Shown here piece by piece: positions 46,001 to 61,521 of a stretch of DNA of 64,000 nucleotides. Both the position numbers and the translations under genes were made by a program. The notes under the pieces were generated by a model, which saw only the letters and a list, made by a program, of their open reading frames with translations, was not told the DNA's origin and did no database searches. Position 1 is the stretch's first letter, and the number at the start of each line of letters is the position of its first letter. The stretch is taken from assembly GCA_964016885.1 (NCBI GenBank), contig OZ024745.1:78244001-78308000 (forward strand), read 5' to 3'. Origin of the DNA: Eledone cirrhosa. Lineage: Eukaryota.

Positions 46001-49000
46001 CTGACCAGAGGTCTGATTAAAGCTACAAATTCTACTCACTCTTAATGATCCCCAAACATATTCATCTGATGAGTGGAGATCAAATGAGAATTGTAGTGGA
46101 GGCAGAATGCCCAGGTGTTACTTATGAGGTGACATTGAACACTAAAGGACTTACTTCATTTAGAGACAAAAAGATGAACCTCTATGTCTGCTATCCATAA
46201 CAGAAATAATGCCAACTCAAAAACACAAACCAAACCAGCACCACCACCACCAGTAGCAACAACAACAACAGCAGCAGCAGTAGCAAGAGCAGCTGCACAA
46301 TTAATAACAGCAGCTACCCCAACAACACCAGCTACAGAGACCAGCACCATAGCCCAGGAAGACAGTTCCACCACAACCACAATAAAAAGACTTCCCCCAC
46401 AAATTAACCAAAATGCAAGCATGCATACATTTTCCTTCTTATTCAGGCCATTGCTTGTTACAATCAGCTAGTTATGAATCCACCAGTAGCCAATATATAG
46501 ACAGCCAATAGTCAGTTGTTCAATTACTCGGCTGCAGCATGCCCACCACCATTTAACATCTTGGATCCAACTAAGAATTACCACTCACCTGTATTCAATG
46601 TGACTATTCAAGTTCTTCAATTTTCAGAATTTTATTAACTCATCCTGACAATACAATTAATCTGACAAACTTCTTTTCAACCTGAATACTTATCATTCTA
46701 CTGAATATATCATGTTTCCGTATAATATTATTTTCTCATTGATACTTTCTGTGATAAACAATGAACAGCTAAATGTGAAACTATTATCATAAAGCCACTG
46801 TACAATATCCTCATTTTTATGATATACAATTTGTTCTCATTCCAGCTTACAGAGGAGAAAAAGGAGTAAAAGGAGATAAAGGAGAAAAGCCTGCAATAAG
46901 AGAGCTTATTCAAATAGCTAAGAGATATGTAAGTGTTAACTGTTCTGTATGCTAATATAGCTTACTTAAGTATCTAAACAAAATTTAAAATAAAAGATAA
47001 AATCATATAACTGAACTTGAATTTGTGACATAGAACATAGCTCCCTAATTCATAAGCTACAAATGGCCGTAATATTTGGAACCTTCAAAATCTGTAAAAC
47101 ATTCTTGCTATTCAAAGGATGCATGCTTACATAAGAGACAACAATTTCCTTTTCTTTACAACTTTGCCCCTGTGAAGGTAGCCATTCAAAAATAGACTAA
47201 GAATTAACAGAAAAAGAGAACACACACACATACATAGATACATATGCCAGCATGAAAAAGCAGATATAAAACGATGATGATATAGGCAGACAATACTATT
47301 GAAATTAGTTAACCTAGTACTAGAGTCTACAATAGACTGGGAGTTTTTTGTGGTGGAGATGAAGCTTTGTCTTATTTACCTAATATCACAGAAATTGGGA
47401 ATAAAAGTCCCAGTTTTATAGGCATTTTGGGTTTGTGAAATCAATATTTTCTCTCATCCAGGACTATCCAAATGGAATTAGATTCAAAACTGCAGACATT
47501 ATAGATAAGTGAATCAGTGATGTTTATTCGTGTTATGAGAATATTTAAATCTGGCCATAAACTAAGCAATAATAACCAATATCAAACTTTCATTTCTTTT
47601 TCATTTTGATTTTACTGGTTTGTTTTGTTTTTCGTTTTCCATTTAGACATGAAGGGACACCATTCTTTAATATATTTTTGTTATGTCTGAATCATTTTAT
47701 TTATCTGTGTATTTGTTTCACAGACACGCATTCAATCTATCAGCTACGTAGATATATATAAATTGAAATTACCTGTCATTTCAGAGTAAAGGTGAGGTTG
47801 GACCCCCAGGACCACCAGGACTACCAGGTAACCATCACTATCCCGGTTCAAATGGACATAGTGAGGCATATAAAGCTTATGGAACAAAAGGAAATAAAGG
47901 AGAACAGGTTTGTTGGCTTCTAATTTATTTCCTTCGCATAATGGCTACGCTGTGAGATTTGGTTAGGCTCCTTGTATCGGTGCCATCCAGTACAGGTCTC
48001 GAAAACTATGGTTCCGCTGTGACAGGGGTTTGGTGCAGCCAACTGGCTTATCCTTCCTCATAATGGAGCCATCCAGTTCCACACTGTAAATGTAGTTGGT
48101 GTTAGGAAGAGCATCCAGCTGTAAAATACTTGGCCATATTTACAGTCCTCATCAGAGCAAGGTAGAGCATGCAAGCATGGAAAAAATGACGCTAAACGGT
48201 GATGATGATGATGATGAGTGTTCAACATTAAAAAATACAAATGCAATAGCTCATTAGTTAATGTGTTTAATTGGTGATATATAGGATATATGAAAGCTTG
48301 TGGCTTAATAGTTAAAGCATTGGGTTCATAATCGCGATGTTGTGAGTTCCAATCTCAGACAGGGCAGTGCATTGTGTATTTAAGCAAGACACTTTATGTC
48401 ATACAGCTGTAGAAATGAGTTGTGATATCCCTAGTGCCAAGCAATATCAACCTTTGTTTTTCCTTGGACAACATCAGTGGCATGGAGGTTGCGAGAGACT
48501 GGCATGCATGGGTGACTGCTGGCCTTCCACAAAACACTTTGCATAGGCATATGCCTTAGAAGGGGACTTTCTAGGTGAAAAACCCATAGTCATTTCTGAC
48601 AGAAGACAGTCTTTACAGGATTCTATTTATAATGTTGGAGCAATTAGCATAATTAGTACTATTTGTAAAATGAAAAGATTACTTGTTAGGTATTGTGTTC
48701 TTTAAAATTAAGTGATATTTTTCTTCAAATTATTAGTCACAAATGGAATAGATGAAATAAATATCTATAAATTTGAGTGACTTCCATCTGTCCGTCCGTC
48801 ACACAATGTGTGTGTGTTTGTGTGAATGCATGTGTGTGTGTAAAAGGAAGGAGGATGATGAAAATAAATTACAGCAAAACAGTGGTTGGCGTTCCATTTG
48901 CTACGTTCTGTGTGTTTGTGTAAATGTATCTATGTGTGTGTGTTTGTTTGTGTGAATGTATCTATGTGTGTATTTTTGTAAGTGTGACTATGTTTGCACG

Positions 49001-49938
49001 TTTATATTTATATACTCATACATATAAATGTATCCACATGCACACACATATATACATATGTGTCAGTGTTGAAAAAAGTTCTAGTTTAAAAATAAAACAG
49101 AAGTGAGAACTAGAGAACTCGGATTACCTTTTTGTTCTTTTCTGTCAATGGTTAGTTTTGTTTGCAATATCTTTCTTACATTCTCACCTAAAAATATTTT
49201 TATTCCCCAGTGCTTAATTACCATTAATAGAAGACAGAGGGAATCAATTTTCATTTTCATCTGTCATGCTGCAATTGGAACTGGGATTGAAAGAGACAAA
49301 AACATTTATTCTAGTATTTAGTTTATTTAATGCATCATTAATCGGTGAAGCTGGAGAGTTTGCAGAGAAAGGATAAAAGTTTGAGGATCCACTGTTATTT
49401 CTAAGGGCAAAGAAAGCTTCTGACCGACCTATTACATGAGAGTAGCTGATCAAACACCAAGGGTCAAAAGTTGATATTTGAAAGTGTGAATCTAGCATAT
49501 TACTTTAGAGCAAATTCCATCAAACTTGGTCCATATCTCATTCCTGATTGAATAACATAAACCTCTTTATTGGTGGAAAATCATTGTTTTTTTACTATGA
49601 GGTATTAATTTTTATGTATCTTTTTTTAGGGTGTGTCAGGCAGAGATGGAATTCCAGGTTTATCAATTAAAGGAAACGAAGGTACACGTGGACCTCCAGG
49701 ACCTCCAGGACTTTCATCTGGTGGTAGTGGTACTAGTAGTGATCAAGTTTATTCTGCTTCACATGCGGTAAGGTTCAATGCATGATGTAAATTTATCATT
49801 GAAAAATTCATATATTTACTTAATTATTTTGATTGCTCTTAGATAAGTGGAACATTTATATCATTTAAAATTTAACAATATTTGACTTCATTAGTGCTAT
49901 TATTAAATAAGTTCACCGATATTGCATGCAAGCTCTTG

Positions 49939-49991
<53 letters not shown>

Positions 49992-52620
49992 GGTGATAGT
50001 GATGGTGGGGGGGGGGGGAGTGGTGGAAGGGACAGTGTTGATGATGATGATGATGATGATTGTGATTATGATATGTTATCAATGAAGCAGAACTTTTGAT
50101 ATTCCAAATAAAATACAAATTGTGCCACTGAACTTGCCCAAGAAACAGCCAACATGGCCAAATTCTCTCCAAAAGTTTGAAATCAGAAGACAATTTGAGA
50201 TGAAGACATATGGCTATTTCAACTTCAAGTGGAACATTGCAATCACAATACTAACAACAATGTGATTATGATGATAACAAGAAGGGATTTGAATTTGTGT
50301 TTATTTTTTTGTGAGGGAGGAAATAGGTTTGAAGGAAGGGGTAATACCCATGGCCTCCACAGGCATTCCACTAAGATGAAAGATAGTGATGCTCTTAATG
50401 CTTTAAATTGTTGATGTTGACTCCTGTAGGAAAGACCTCTGCATGAAAGGAGTTTCAATGAGCCAACATTCTGGCCAAGAAGAACTGAACATCATGTTAA
50501 ATGTGGAGGCTTTGAAGGGGATGGGACATCATGTAGATGATGAAAGATCAAGCAGTAGGTCAGGAGTGCCTCAATAGAGGTGACATGAGACCAGCAAACT
50601 CAAGGAACAGAGACCATTGTTGTAGAGGTAGGAATGGCAGAAAGAGAAAACTGTATTTTACTTAGCTGAAGTTGAAATGTGTTTGTTATGCCAGTCAAAT
50701 GGTTTTTCTTGAAATATAATCTAGGATGACTGTGTGTATAATAGCAGCACTGTCTCAGATATATGAGCAGTACACTAATGTGTATCACATATGAATTTTG
50801 TAGAAGGTTAGAAATTGTTGGGGATTGAAGTATTTACTTTCCCTGAATAGAAGCTCCCATCTTTGAGATATGTTCCTATCTATGAGCATATCCTACATGA
50901 GCATATCCTCAATGAATGTGAGGTCTAGCATTTGGAGTGACTGAGAGTGCTCTAGTTGTGTACTGCTAATGCTTAATATAGTAAATAATAAAGATGTAAC
51001 TATGAAGTAGGATAGCTTAGTTATTTATGATCATTATGATGGTGGATTGGCAGAGTCGTTAGAACATTGGACAAATATTTAGCATTATTGGTTCCAGCTC
51101 AATATGTTCTGACATCAAATTCCACTACGCTATTCTCTACCTTTCATCCTTCTGGGGTCAATAAAATAAAATATCAGTCAAGTGCTGGGGCTGATTTAAT
51201 CAACTTCCCCCTCCCCCAAATTACTGGCCTTGTGCCTAAATTAGAAATCATTATTTGTCACCATTTCCTAGTAATCTGTCCAGCCTCATATGAAATTAAC
51301 TTCGACCAAATTCTAAATATCACTAAGGTAATTATTAGCTTTCAGTTTAGTGTGCCATACAGCAATAGCTTGTTTGCTGAAGCAAAAAGTGGGACAAGAC
51401 AAAAGATCAATCTGGGGCTTCTAAACTTAGGAAGAATAACATGACTGAATCAATAACAATGGCATGGATGTATTTACTTTAGTTCCTCCATTCTCTTTGA
51501 TTTGATAGATTTTTAGATTATTTATTTATTTGTATATATTTCCTTTATCTAGATTGCAACATATCGCAATATGAAGGAACTTCAAGATGTTGCTCTAACT
51601 ATCCCTGTTGGAAGTATAGCTTTTGTTCATGATAAAGAACTATTATTAATTCGACTGAGTGATGCATGGGCAGAAATCCAAGTAAGTATTGGGTTCAATG
51701 ATCCTTGAGTAATTTATTTCAAATTTGTGGAATTCCATTTAGTTTTTGATTAACTTTACTAACTTGTGAGGCAATATATTACCAAAGATTTTATTAATTA
51801 ATGCCATAATATTTTAAAGTAATATTGATAATTTATCATATTGATTTATTTGCCCCCAGAATCCTGGCCGGTTTCCCATCACAACTCGAGCCTACCAACC
51901 TTAACTATGGTGCCAGTAGACACCCAGACAAGATACCCTTCTCCTATTTAAGGGGTAAAATCTCTAATCTGGGATGTCACATGTTGCAACATGTGCTGGG
52001 GTTACTGCCTTGGTGCTTCAGCCATAAACCTGAAAGCTACTACCCATGGCACAAAGGAGCCAAAGATAACCAAATAAGGGGACTTATCTGACCACCTCCA
52101 TTTCATGCCTGACACCATCAAGTTCTTCCATGTCCTCAGGACTCAGATAGCCATTTTCCTATGCATAATTGGGAGAAGTGCATCCTATCTGATGAAAGAG
52201 CCCTATGAGGTAGAATGGCTGGTAGAGTGGGTGTTACTGGCTGTTCCCTGTGGCATCTTTTCTCTAAGGCCTAGCCATGGGTGTAGAATTTGTCTCCTCA
52301 CATTTATTATCTTACTTGCAAGTATGTACATTATATGGAACTTCAATAATCAAGTAAGAACATTTTGGACATTTTAATATGACATGGACACCTTATATGT
52401 TTTGTTTGTTTACTTTAATGCATTTAACTGTTTGATTCTGTGGTTTCCACTTCATCATTAATGTTTCCTATTACTGTCAAGGTGGGGAAAAATCTTCTAA
52501 GGAATTTGATAAAAATGGGAAGCTCAGAGTAGCAATTAAATCAAATCTTAGCTACTTTTTTCTCTCATTTGTATAGCCAACACTCACACACACACATACA
52601 TATATATGTATATATTTATT

Positions 52621-52661
<41 letters not shown>

Positions 52662-52795
52662 TTCTGTTCTCTGAACTTTCCTGAAGGACTTCTATCCGAA
52701 ATATTCAAGCCTCCTCCAATTCCACCAAGTGTTAACCTAATATAACTGTGTAAAATTTCCTCCTGTGTTTTGTTTTGTTTGTTTCATTTATTAAC

Positions 52796-52826
<31 letters not shown>

Positions 52827-55800
52827 ATGTCAAATACATACATGTTTCACATTCATGCTTACAATTATACTTCATGAAAATACATTTGACACACCCTGTG
52901 TGGATTACATTTATGCATATATGCATACCCAAATTTATTATTTATGTGTACAGTTGCATGTTTAAATGCATGTTTCATTCTGTAATATTGCCACCTGCTA
53001 TAAAAATCCCTTTTTCAACTTCAAACCCATGAAAGCATGGAACTAAATATAAATATATGCAATAGCTTTCCCTTTTTTTCATTTTTCTCAACAAAATATT
53101 AGGAACCATTATTAAATCTAATATTCTTTTCTATAGAAGTGACTTAAAACTTTGTTCTTATATCTATGGTATTTGATTAATATACTTTAAGTTAAAAGTT
53201 TACAAAACATGTATGCTGCTCTGTAGTTTAACTTGCTGCTTTCTAACTTGTGTTGTATACCAAAGTAAAAGATCTGGATTCATTCTCTTATGCAGTGGTT
53301 CCCAACATATATGTTGCAGCATAATTCTGATAGTGTCATAAAGACAAATAATATTTGATATAATGTAAAATATTCATTAATATGATATACAATAAGCCAT
53401 AGTTATAAAGTCTACAACACTACAGTTACTGTTAAGTCCCTTCTATTCATCAGTATCACTGTTTTACTTCTACTTTCCATGCTTACATGTATTAGACAGT
53501 TCAGATGACAGTGTTTTGCTCATGTATTTCATTTTAGCATGACTTTTATAGTTTAATGATATTCCTAATGCCAACCACTTCACAGTGTACATTTTATTAT
53601 GTCATCAGCACCTGAGAGGGTGGGCTGAGTGTATCTTTATTCTGGCACCATCACTACCAATTTTCAGTGTGGGCTAGGTGTATTTTATTGTAGCACCACC
53701 ACAAGGATTATTGATTAATTAAAACTGTTCAGAAGCTTTCTACAGAGTTAATGAAAGTGGTTTACAGACTAATTTAATGATCACCCCTCCTTCTCTGTAT
53801 TGTACACTTCAATAAACAACTAATATTGATATCTGATAGGAAAACAATGTCTTACATTAATAGACAAGAAATGAGACTGTGGTTTTCACATTTTTCTCAA
53901 GATATATATTTGAACTCAACTCAAGTTAAATATTCAGAGTGCCAAGAATTTAACTGTATTCTGTACTATTTGCCATAGGCCTGCTAAAATAAATATTTGA
54001 AAGTAAGGGAGATGGCTAAGGTAGAAAAAATCCATATTAAATGCATTACAGCATTTAATATATTTTCTTCTTTTTTTCAAATTCCATTTGACTCTGTCTT
54101 TCACTTCAATTAAAAAAATTGCCAATAAGATATCAGAGTTTATTTGATATATATTTTATTCTCAAACAATTAGCCATTGATATTACTGAAATATTGGATA
54201 AAGACATAATTAAAGGAAAGTCCCCAAAATAGCATGTAGCAGGAGCTGTATTGTTTATTTTCAACATTACTCTGTGACAGTTGTCTAGTTAAAAAAATCA
54301 ACAATAACCAGAGAAAAATGACTCACTAGCTATTATATTGTGCTGGCTGGGTATGGTGTCCATCCTTAGTTTTTAGACCATTTGATTGAAATATGAAATT
54401 TCTTTAATACATGAGGTTATATTTAAATATCAATAAATATTTTATTCAAGTGCTATATTCTTTATATCCTTTGTTTTCTGCCTCACCAGCATGTTATGCT
54501 GCATTAAATGTTTGGCTTTAATTAATTTTAACACAATTTCCATGTTTCTCTTAGAGCAGACGTATTTCCCTCTCACGGGTAAGTTGCATTCAACTCTTCA
54601 GCTTTTATTTCTTCTCATCAGCATTCTTCTCAAGTATCTGTAAAATCATACACGAAAACCAAACAACAAAATCTTAAGAATCTCAAAGCAGATACTATTT
54701 TTTTTTAAATATAAATCCTCTACAACCCACCACATAATGACCTAGCTCTCACAATCAACTTTCACACTATTTTTATTTGCCTAACAAAATGGACAACAGT
54801 TCAAAATATACTACAACATGCTTGAAAGCAAACTAAGGCCAACATGTACTGGCTATTATACATGTGACTCAAGTAGAGTATGTTCAATGTACTGAAACTG
54901 TGGTCCACATCTTTAATGTTTGATTGGTTGTCCCTTAGACATACAAGGCTATTCAATGAAAAGAAATTAAGATTATTCAACAGTAAAAGATTTTCATTCA
55001 TGACTGTCACATTAATTAGTTTGAATTTTATTTAGACATTTAAATTACATAACCAATAGATGATAACTAGCTCATTTATTTTGTGACACAAAGGATCTTG
55101 TATTTTCAGAGCCATTGTTATATTACCTTAATTGTATTGCATTTTAATCAAACTCAAAATATAGAACAACTTCATAATTGCCATTAAGCGATAGAAGTCC
55201 ATTGATTAATAGATTTGGTATTATGTGAGATAATTACATGAGGTAAAGCATTTACCATGAAAATATAATAGTAACTATAGAATAATGTAAATGCTAAAGG
55301 GTTAAAGTAGGGAGGAGCTTATTGTTTCACATAAATCGAAATTGACAGAAGCTATAGTACCAGTAATTTATTCACAGCTGGTGGGGTATTATACACAGAA
55401 CCTTACATAGGAAACTATAACACTCTACTGTTGGACAATAATTCAATAAATCACACAAATACACACATATTTACTCAATTCCATTTAAAATTTACATATA
55501 ATTTACAAAAATTAACAAATTAAAATATATTCTGAATTATCCCCTTTTTTTACCTACTTTTATTTATGAATTATTCTATTTCTTCCTTGTAGTTTCCCTT
55601 TCACCGCTTTAATGCTTTTTGCTTTGCTCAGAGTGAATTAACAATTAAAGTAACTTGTATATGTACATCATCATCATCATCATCATCATTTTACGTCCGC
55701 TTTTCCCTGTTTGCAAGGGTGGGACGGGTTCTATTCAGCACAGCATCTCTCCACTTGTCACGGTCCTTCGTCATCTCCACTGTGAGCTTCAGCGATCTGA

Positions 55801-56266
55801 GGTCTGCTCTAACCACCTCCGCCCATGTTTTTCGTGGTCTACCTCTACCCTGTCTTCCTTCAACTGGCATTTCTTGCAACTTCTTCACCCATCAGTCATC
55901 CTCCCTGCGCATCACATGTCCATACCATCGCAGTTTCCTCTCCAGCACACTACAATTTATCCCTCTCAGACACAGTTTCTTTTTCAACACATCCATAAAA
56001 AAATCCATTTTCAATGGTAGCATGGGTTGGATGAGATATAAACTAATAATATAGTAAAAGAGAATTAAATAGTGTACATGTGTTTATATTGGCTACAGTG
56101 ACTTTGTCATGATGGAATTCCATTTCAAACCATTTAGCAGTAAGCATAATTCAGGAATATGTGTGTACACACACACACGCGTATGTGTGTGTGTGGGGGA
56201 GGGGGGTATATATGTGTGCATATATATGTGTATCTGAGTATATATATATATATATATGTATGTGTG

Positions 56267-56297
<31 letters not shown>

Positions 56298-56634
56298 GGA
56301 GGCACATGGCTTAGTGGTTAGAGCATTGGCCTTGCAATCGAAAGGTTGTAACTTCAATTCTCAGACCGGTTATGTGTTGTTTCCTTGAGTAAGACACTTT
56401 ATTTCACATTGCTTTATTTCACATTGCACTTTATTTCACATTGACAGGGGTCCCTATCATTCCACTGCAAAGTGGTCATGGTGGTGCCAAAGCACCCAGC
56501 ACTCAATGTAAATGAGGTTGGTGTTAGGAAGGGCATCCAGCTGTAGGAATCAAGCCAGAGTCAGTTCCCGTCCCACCCTTGCAAGCAGGGAAAAGCGGAC
56601 GTAAAATGATACTGATAATGTGTGTATGTATATA

Positions 56635-56688
<54 letters not shown>

Positions 56689-56919
56689 TATATATATATA
56701 CATACATACACACACACACATATATATATATACACATATATCTATATATATATACATACACACACATATATATATACATACACACATATATATATACATA
56801 CACATATATAGGAAAAAGTATGACCCCGACGGCAGAGCTCAACCCGTTTCGACGGCTAGTTCTGGTGCGTTATGGTCCATCTGGATCTTTACCACAATTC
56901 CTTTGTTATATATATATAT

Positions 56920-56992
<73 letters not shown>

Positions 56993-57378
56993 CACATATA
57001 TATATACATATATATATATACATACACATATACCGTCTAACCCATGCTGGCGTGGAAAATGGACGTTAAACGATGATGATGATGATGATATATATATACA
57101 TACACACACATATATATATATACATATATATATACATACACATATATATATATATATGTGTATGTATATATATATGTGTATGTATATATGTGTATTTATA
57201 TATATATATATGTGTGTATATATATATATGTGTGTGTGTATGTATATATATATATATATGTGTGTATGTATATATATATGTGTGTGTATGTATGTATATA
57301 TATATATATATGTGTATGTATATATATATATATATGTGTGTATGTATATATATATATGTGTGTGTATGTATATATAGA

Positions 57379-57411
<33 letters not shown>

Positions 57412-57631
57412 GTATATACACTCATATATATATACATACACACATCATCATCATCATTTTATGTCCACTTTTCCCTGCTTGCAAGGGTGGGACAGGAACT
57501 GACTCTGGCTTGATTTCTACAGCTGGATGCCCTTCCTAACATCAACCTCATTTACATTGAGTGCTGGGTGCTTTTTTTTTTAAATATATATATGTGTATA
57601 TATACATATATATATGTGTATATATATATAC

Positions 57632-57680
<49 letters not shown>

Positions 57681-58417
57681 TATATATATACACATATATA
57701 TATATATACACATATATATATATATATATGTATATATATACACACATATATATATATATATATACACATATATATATATATATATACACATATATATATA
57801 TATACACATATATATATATATATATATATACACATACACATATATATATACATACACACATATATATATACAAATACACATATATATATATATACATACA
57901 CATATATATATACACATACACATATATATATATATACATACATATATATATATATATATATACAAACATATATATACATATATATATATATACACATACA
58001 CATACATATGGTGGCTGCCAACTCGTTTTCAAGTACGGCCACTACTTTATATCCATGTAGGAGAACCCCTACCGATGCGCTAAACAAGTGTGACTTTTAG
58101 TCCAGCCAGCGACTTGAAAACTCTGGTACAAACACTACACCTGTGACAATTATTGACACAGTGTTGGGCCCCTGGTACCATGTGACGACAAGTGCAGAGA
58201 GATCTCCAGATACAAAGCAATGCCTGTGCCGTGAAGCTTTTATAGTGAGCAAAGGCACTGCACAAAGCCAGTCCCACTCTCTTAACCAAGATGATATTTA
58301 CCAAAAAGAAGAATAAGTCAACATCATTGGATACCATCAGGGTTGCAGGTGTTATATCAGAGTTTTCCTTCTCCTAGAATTCTGCCTTGACAAAGGCTAA
58401 GGGGTCATCTCTCCCGG

Positions 58418-58458
<41 letters not shown>

Positions 58459-58611
58459 CATATATACATATATAATTATATATATATATACATACATATA
58501 TACATATATAATTATATATACATACACATACATATATATATATGTATATATATATATATACATACACATACATATATATATATATATATACACAGATACA
58601 CATATATATAC

Positions 58612-58643
<32 letters not shown>

Positions 58644-58695
58644 ATACACATACATATAGTTATATATACACAGATACACATATATATATATATAT

Positions 58696-58736
<41 letters not shown>

Positions 58737-58785
58737 TACACATATATATATATAGTCACACACACATATATACGCACACATATAC

Positions 58786-58816
<31 letters not shown>

Positions 58817-61050
58817 CACGCACACATATATATACACACTCATATATATACGCACACATATATATATGCACACATATATATATACACATACACACACGCC
58901 CACACACACACACGTGTGTGTGTGGTTTGAAATGGAATTGTCTCTTCTGACTGAAGCAATTCCATCATCACAAAGTCACTATATCCAATAAAAACACATG
59001 TACACTATTTAATTCTATTTTACTATATTATTATTTTATATCTCATCCAACCCATGCCACCATTGAAAATGGATTTTTTATGATGATGATGATGATGTCT
59101 TTTTGAATTGAGTAATTTTTTCCTTGTGTGTGATTAACTGCGTAGAGAAAATAACAATCCTGGACAAATATTTTTGTCACCTAGTGACAAAAATATTTGA
59201 CCAGCTACATGAAATTTTCCCCTCCCCGACAAGTATATACAACCACCCACATTATAACAATCAACATTTCTGGCTACTTAATGCTCCACTACTTTGATCA
59301 TCATCATCATTTTACGTCCGCTTTTCCCTGCTTGCAAGGGTTGGACTTGTCCTATTCAGCACAGCTTCTCTCCACTTGTCACGGTCCTTCGTCATCTCCT
59401 CGGTGAGTTTCAGCGATCTGAGGTCTGCTCTCACCACCTCCACCCATGTTTTTCGTGGTCTACCTCTACTGATATAAAAAAAAAACAATTGTAAACTACA
59501 AACATCTGTCCTCCTTCAATTCACACTTCACTATACACAAAGTACTAGAAATCAAGAATTTAAAACAATGACTATTTCTCTTACTTACCCACACACTCAC
59601 ACATTTTGACTATATAGTAGTAATTTATTCAGAAAACATGCATTCTACTAAGGCACACCCAATTATCAATGACAAAACCATGTGTCAACCACTAAAACTA
59701 AATGTATAAATAGATCAAAGAAAGTTTCAAACCTACATCTGAAGAGACACTATCACCCAAACATTGAAGTTTGTTTCCAAGGTATACTGTGCTACAGAAT
59801 ATATCTATAAATTTTAGTTCTCGCTCAATATAATAGATGAATGTAAACACCTTGTCTTTATGTGCAATGTGTACATGGACAAAGAAACATATTAGGATTT
59901 CAACAGCAAATCAGTATCATCTTAACTTGACCAGCTTGTCTCATCCCCTTTTGTGTCCATAGAGGTACTGCATAAGAATGCAAGATCTTTATATCTGTTC
60001 ATTGCTTACAGCATTGGTTAAAATCTACAGATGTACTCTAGTAGAATATATATATATGAATACAAATATATCTATATATGATGATGCCCAAGATTATCTG
60101 TTACAAACACACTCAGGGCGAAACAGATTAGGGATAATCTGTCCGAGAGATATAATGGTTATTGAGGCGGTTTGTATAATAATATATTTTTATTTTATCA
60201 TTCTGTCTGCTTCTTGGTTAAATATTTCAAACAAATGTGGTTTTTCAACCCTTGTAATATTAGACACACGGTTTACTGTGTTTCTTACTGCATATATATT
60301 ATATATGTATCTATACATGTTTATATATGTATAAGTATGAATACATGTATATGAATATAAATATATATACATATCATCATTATCACCTTTTAATGTCCAT
60401 TTTTTCACGCTGGCATGGGTTAGACGAATTATCCTGTTGTGAACAATGCTAGGTCAGGTGATCATGTCATGGTCATACAGAACCGATTTTGGCTTGGTTA
60501 TATATACGTAATGAATAAAACATATATAGGCAAAGACAGGAAACTGAACGAAACGCAGACAGTCCCATCTCATCAGTTGATCAAAAGAGATATGTTATTT
60601 CAATGCTTTAAGATTGATATAACTGGCTCTAGTGCACAAGAGACAGTAACGGATGGAGAAAAGACAAGATGAAAAACTTTCAACTATACATACACATGTA
60701 TATATGTACATATATATGATGTAAAGGTATATCATCATCATTATTTTCTTGTCTTGTTTTAAAGGCTATCATGGTTGTCAGGACATTTTGAGACTGTTTT
60801 TAAGGTTAAATGCCCTTACTGGCATAACACATTTTGTTGCTTTTATGATACACAAGAATACTGTGTACCTATAGTAAAAATGAAGATATACATGTGTTTG
60901 TGTGTGTGCATATACTAAGAACATTTACATTTTGTATAATAATGTAACACAAGTGATGGTTCATTCACAGCTACTATTTTTTTTCCCACTTAAGCAGTAA
61001 CTATTGGATCTCAGGTAAATTCAGCTCATACTGTTTATAGCACAAATAAA

Positions 61051-61101
<51 letters not shown>

Positions 61102-61474
61102 GTATATATGCATATATATATATATATATATATAAATGTAAGTATGTATGTATACATACATACATATATGTATACAGACGTACAGTAGCATGTATATATA
61201 TATATATATATACATACAGGCACACATATATATATGCACGTATCCGTTTACCGAACATTTATTATATTGTTTATTATCATCCCTATTATTTATTATAATG
61301 TTCGGTAAACTGATACGTGCATATATATATGTGTGCCTGTATGTATATATATATATATATATACATGCTACTGTACGTCTGTATACATATATGTATGTAT
61401 GTATACATACATACTTACATTTAAGTAAGTGCCGTACTAAGAGTGAGAAATGAAATTTTGTTTCATTCTATTCC

Positions 61475-61521
<47 letters not shown>

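Noticed and set aside
46066-46110. CTGATGA as a hammerhead core (also on the - strand near 44985)
   Set aside because: No matching GAAA, stem III or stem I pairing was found.
46184-46471. 95-aa Thr/Ala/Pro-rich ORF inside an intron
   Set aside because: It is made of low-complexity trinucleotide repeats with no convincing splice sites, and the flanking exons already join in phase.
47724-47747. Possible 24-nt microexon TRIQSISY
   Set aside because: It would leave a 37-nt intron with a weak donor, and extending it into the next exon breaks the frame.
56299-56370. tRNA-like sequence (also near 23881, 41948 and 48292)
   Set aside because: The cloverleaf is degenerate and runs directly into a multi-copy SINE body; these are SINE heads, not tRNA genes.
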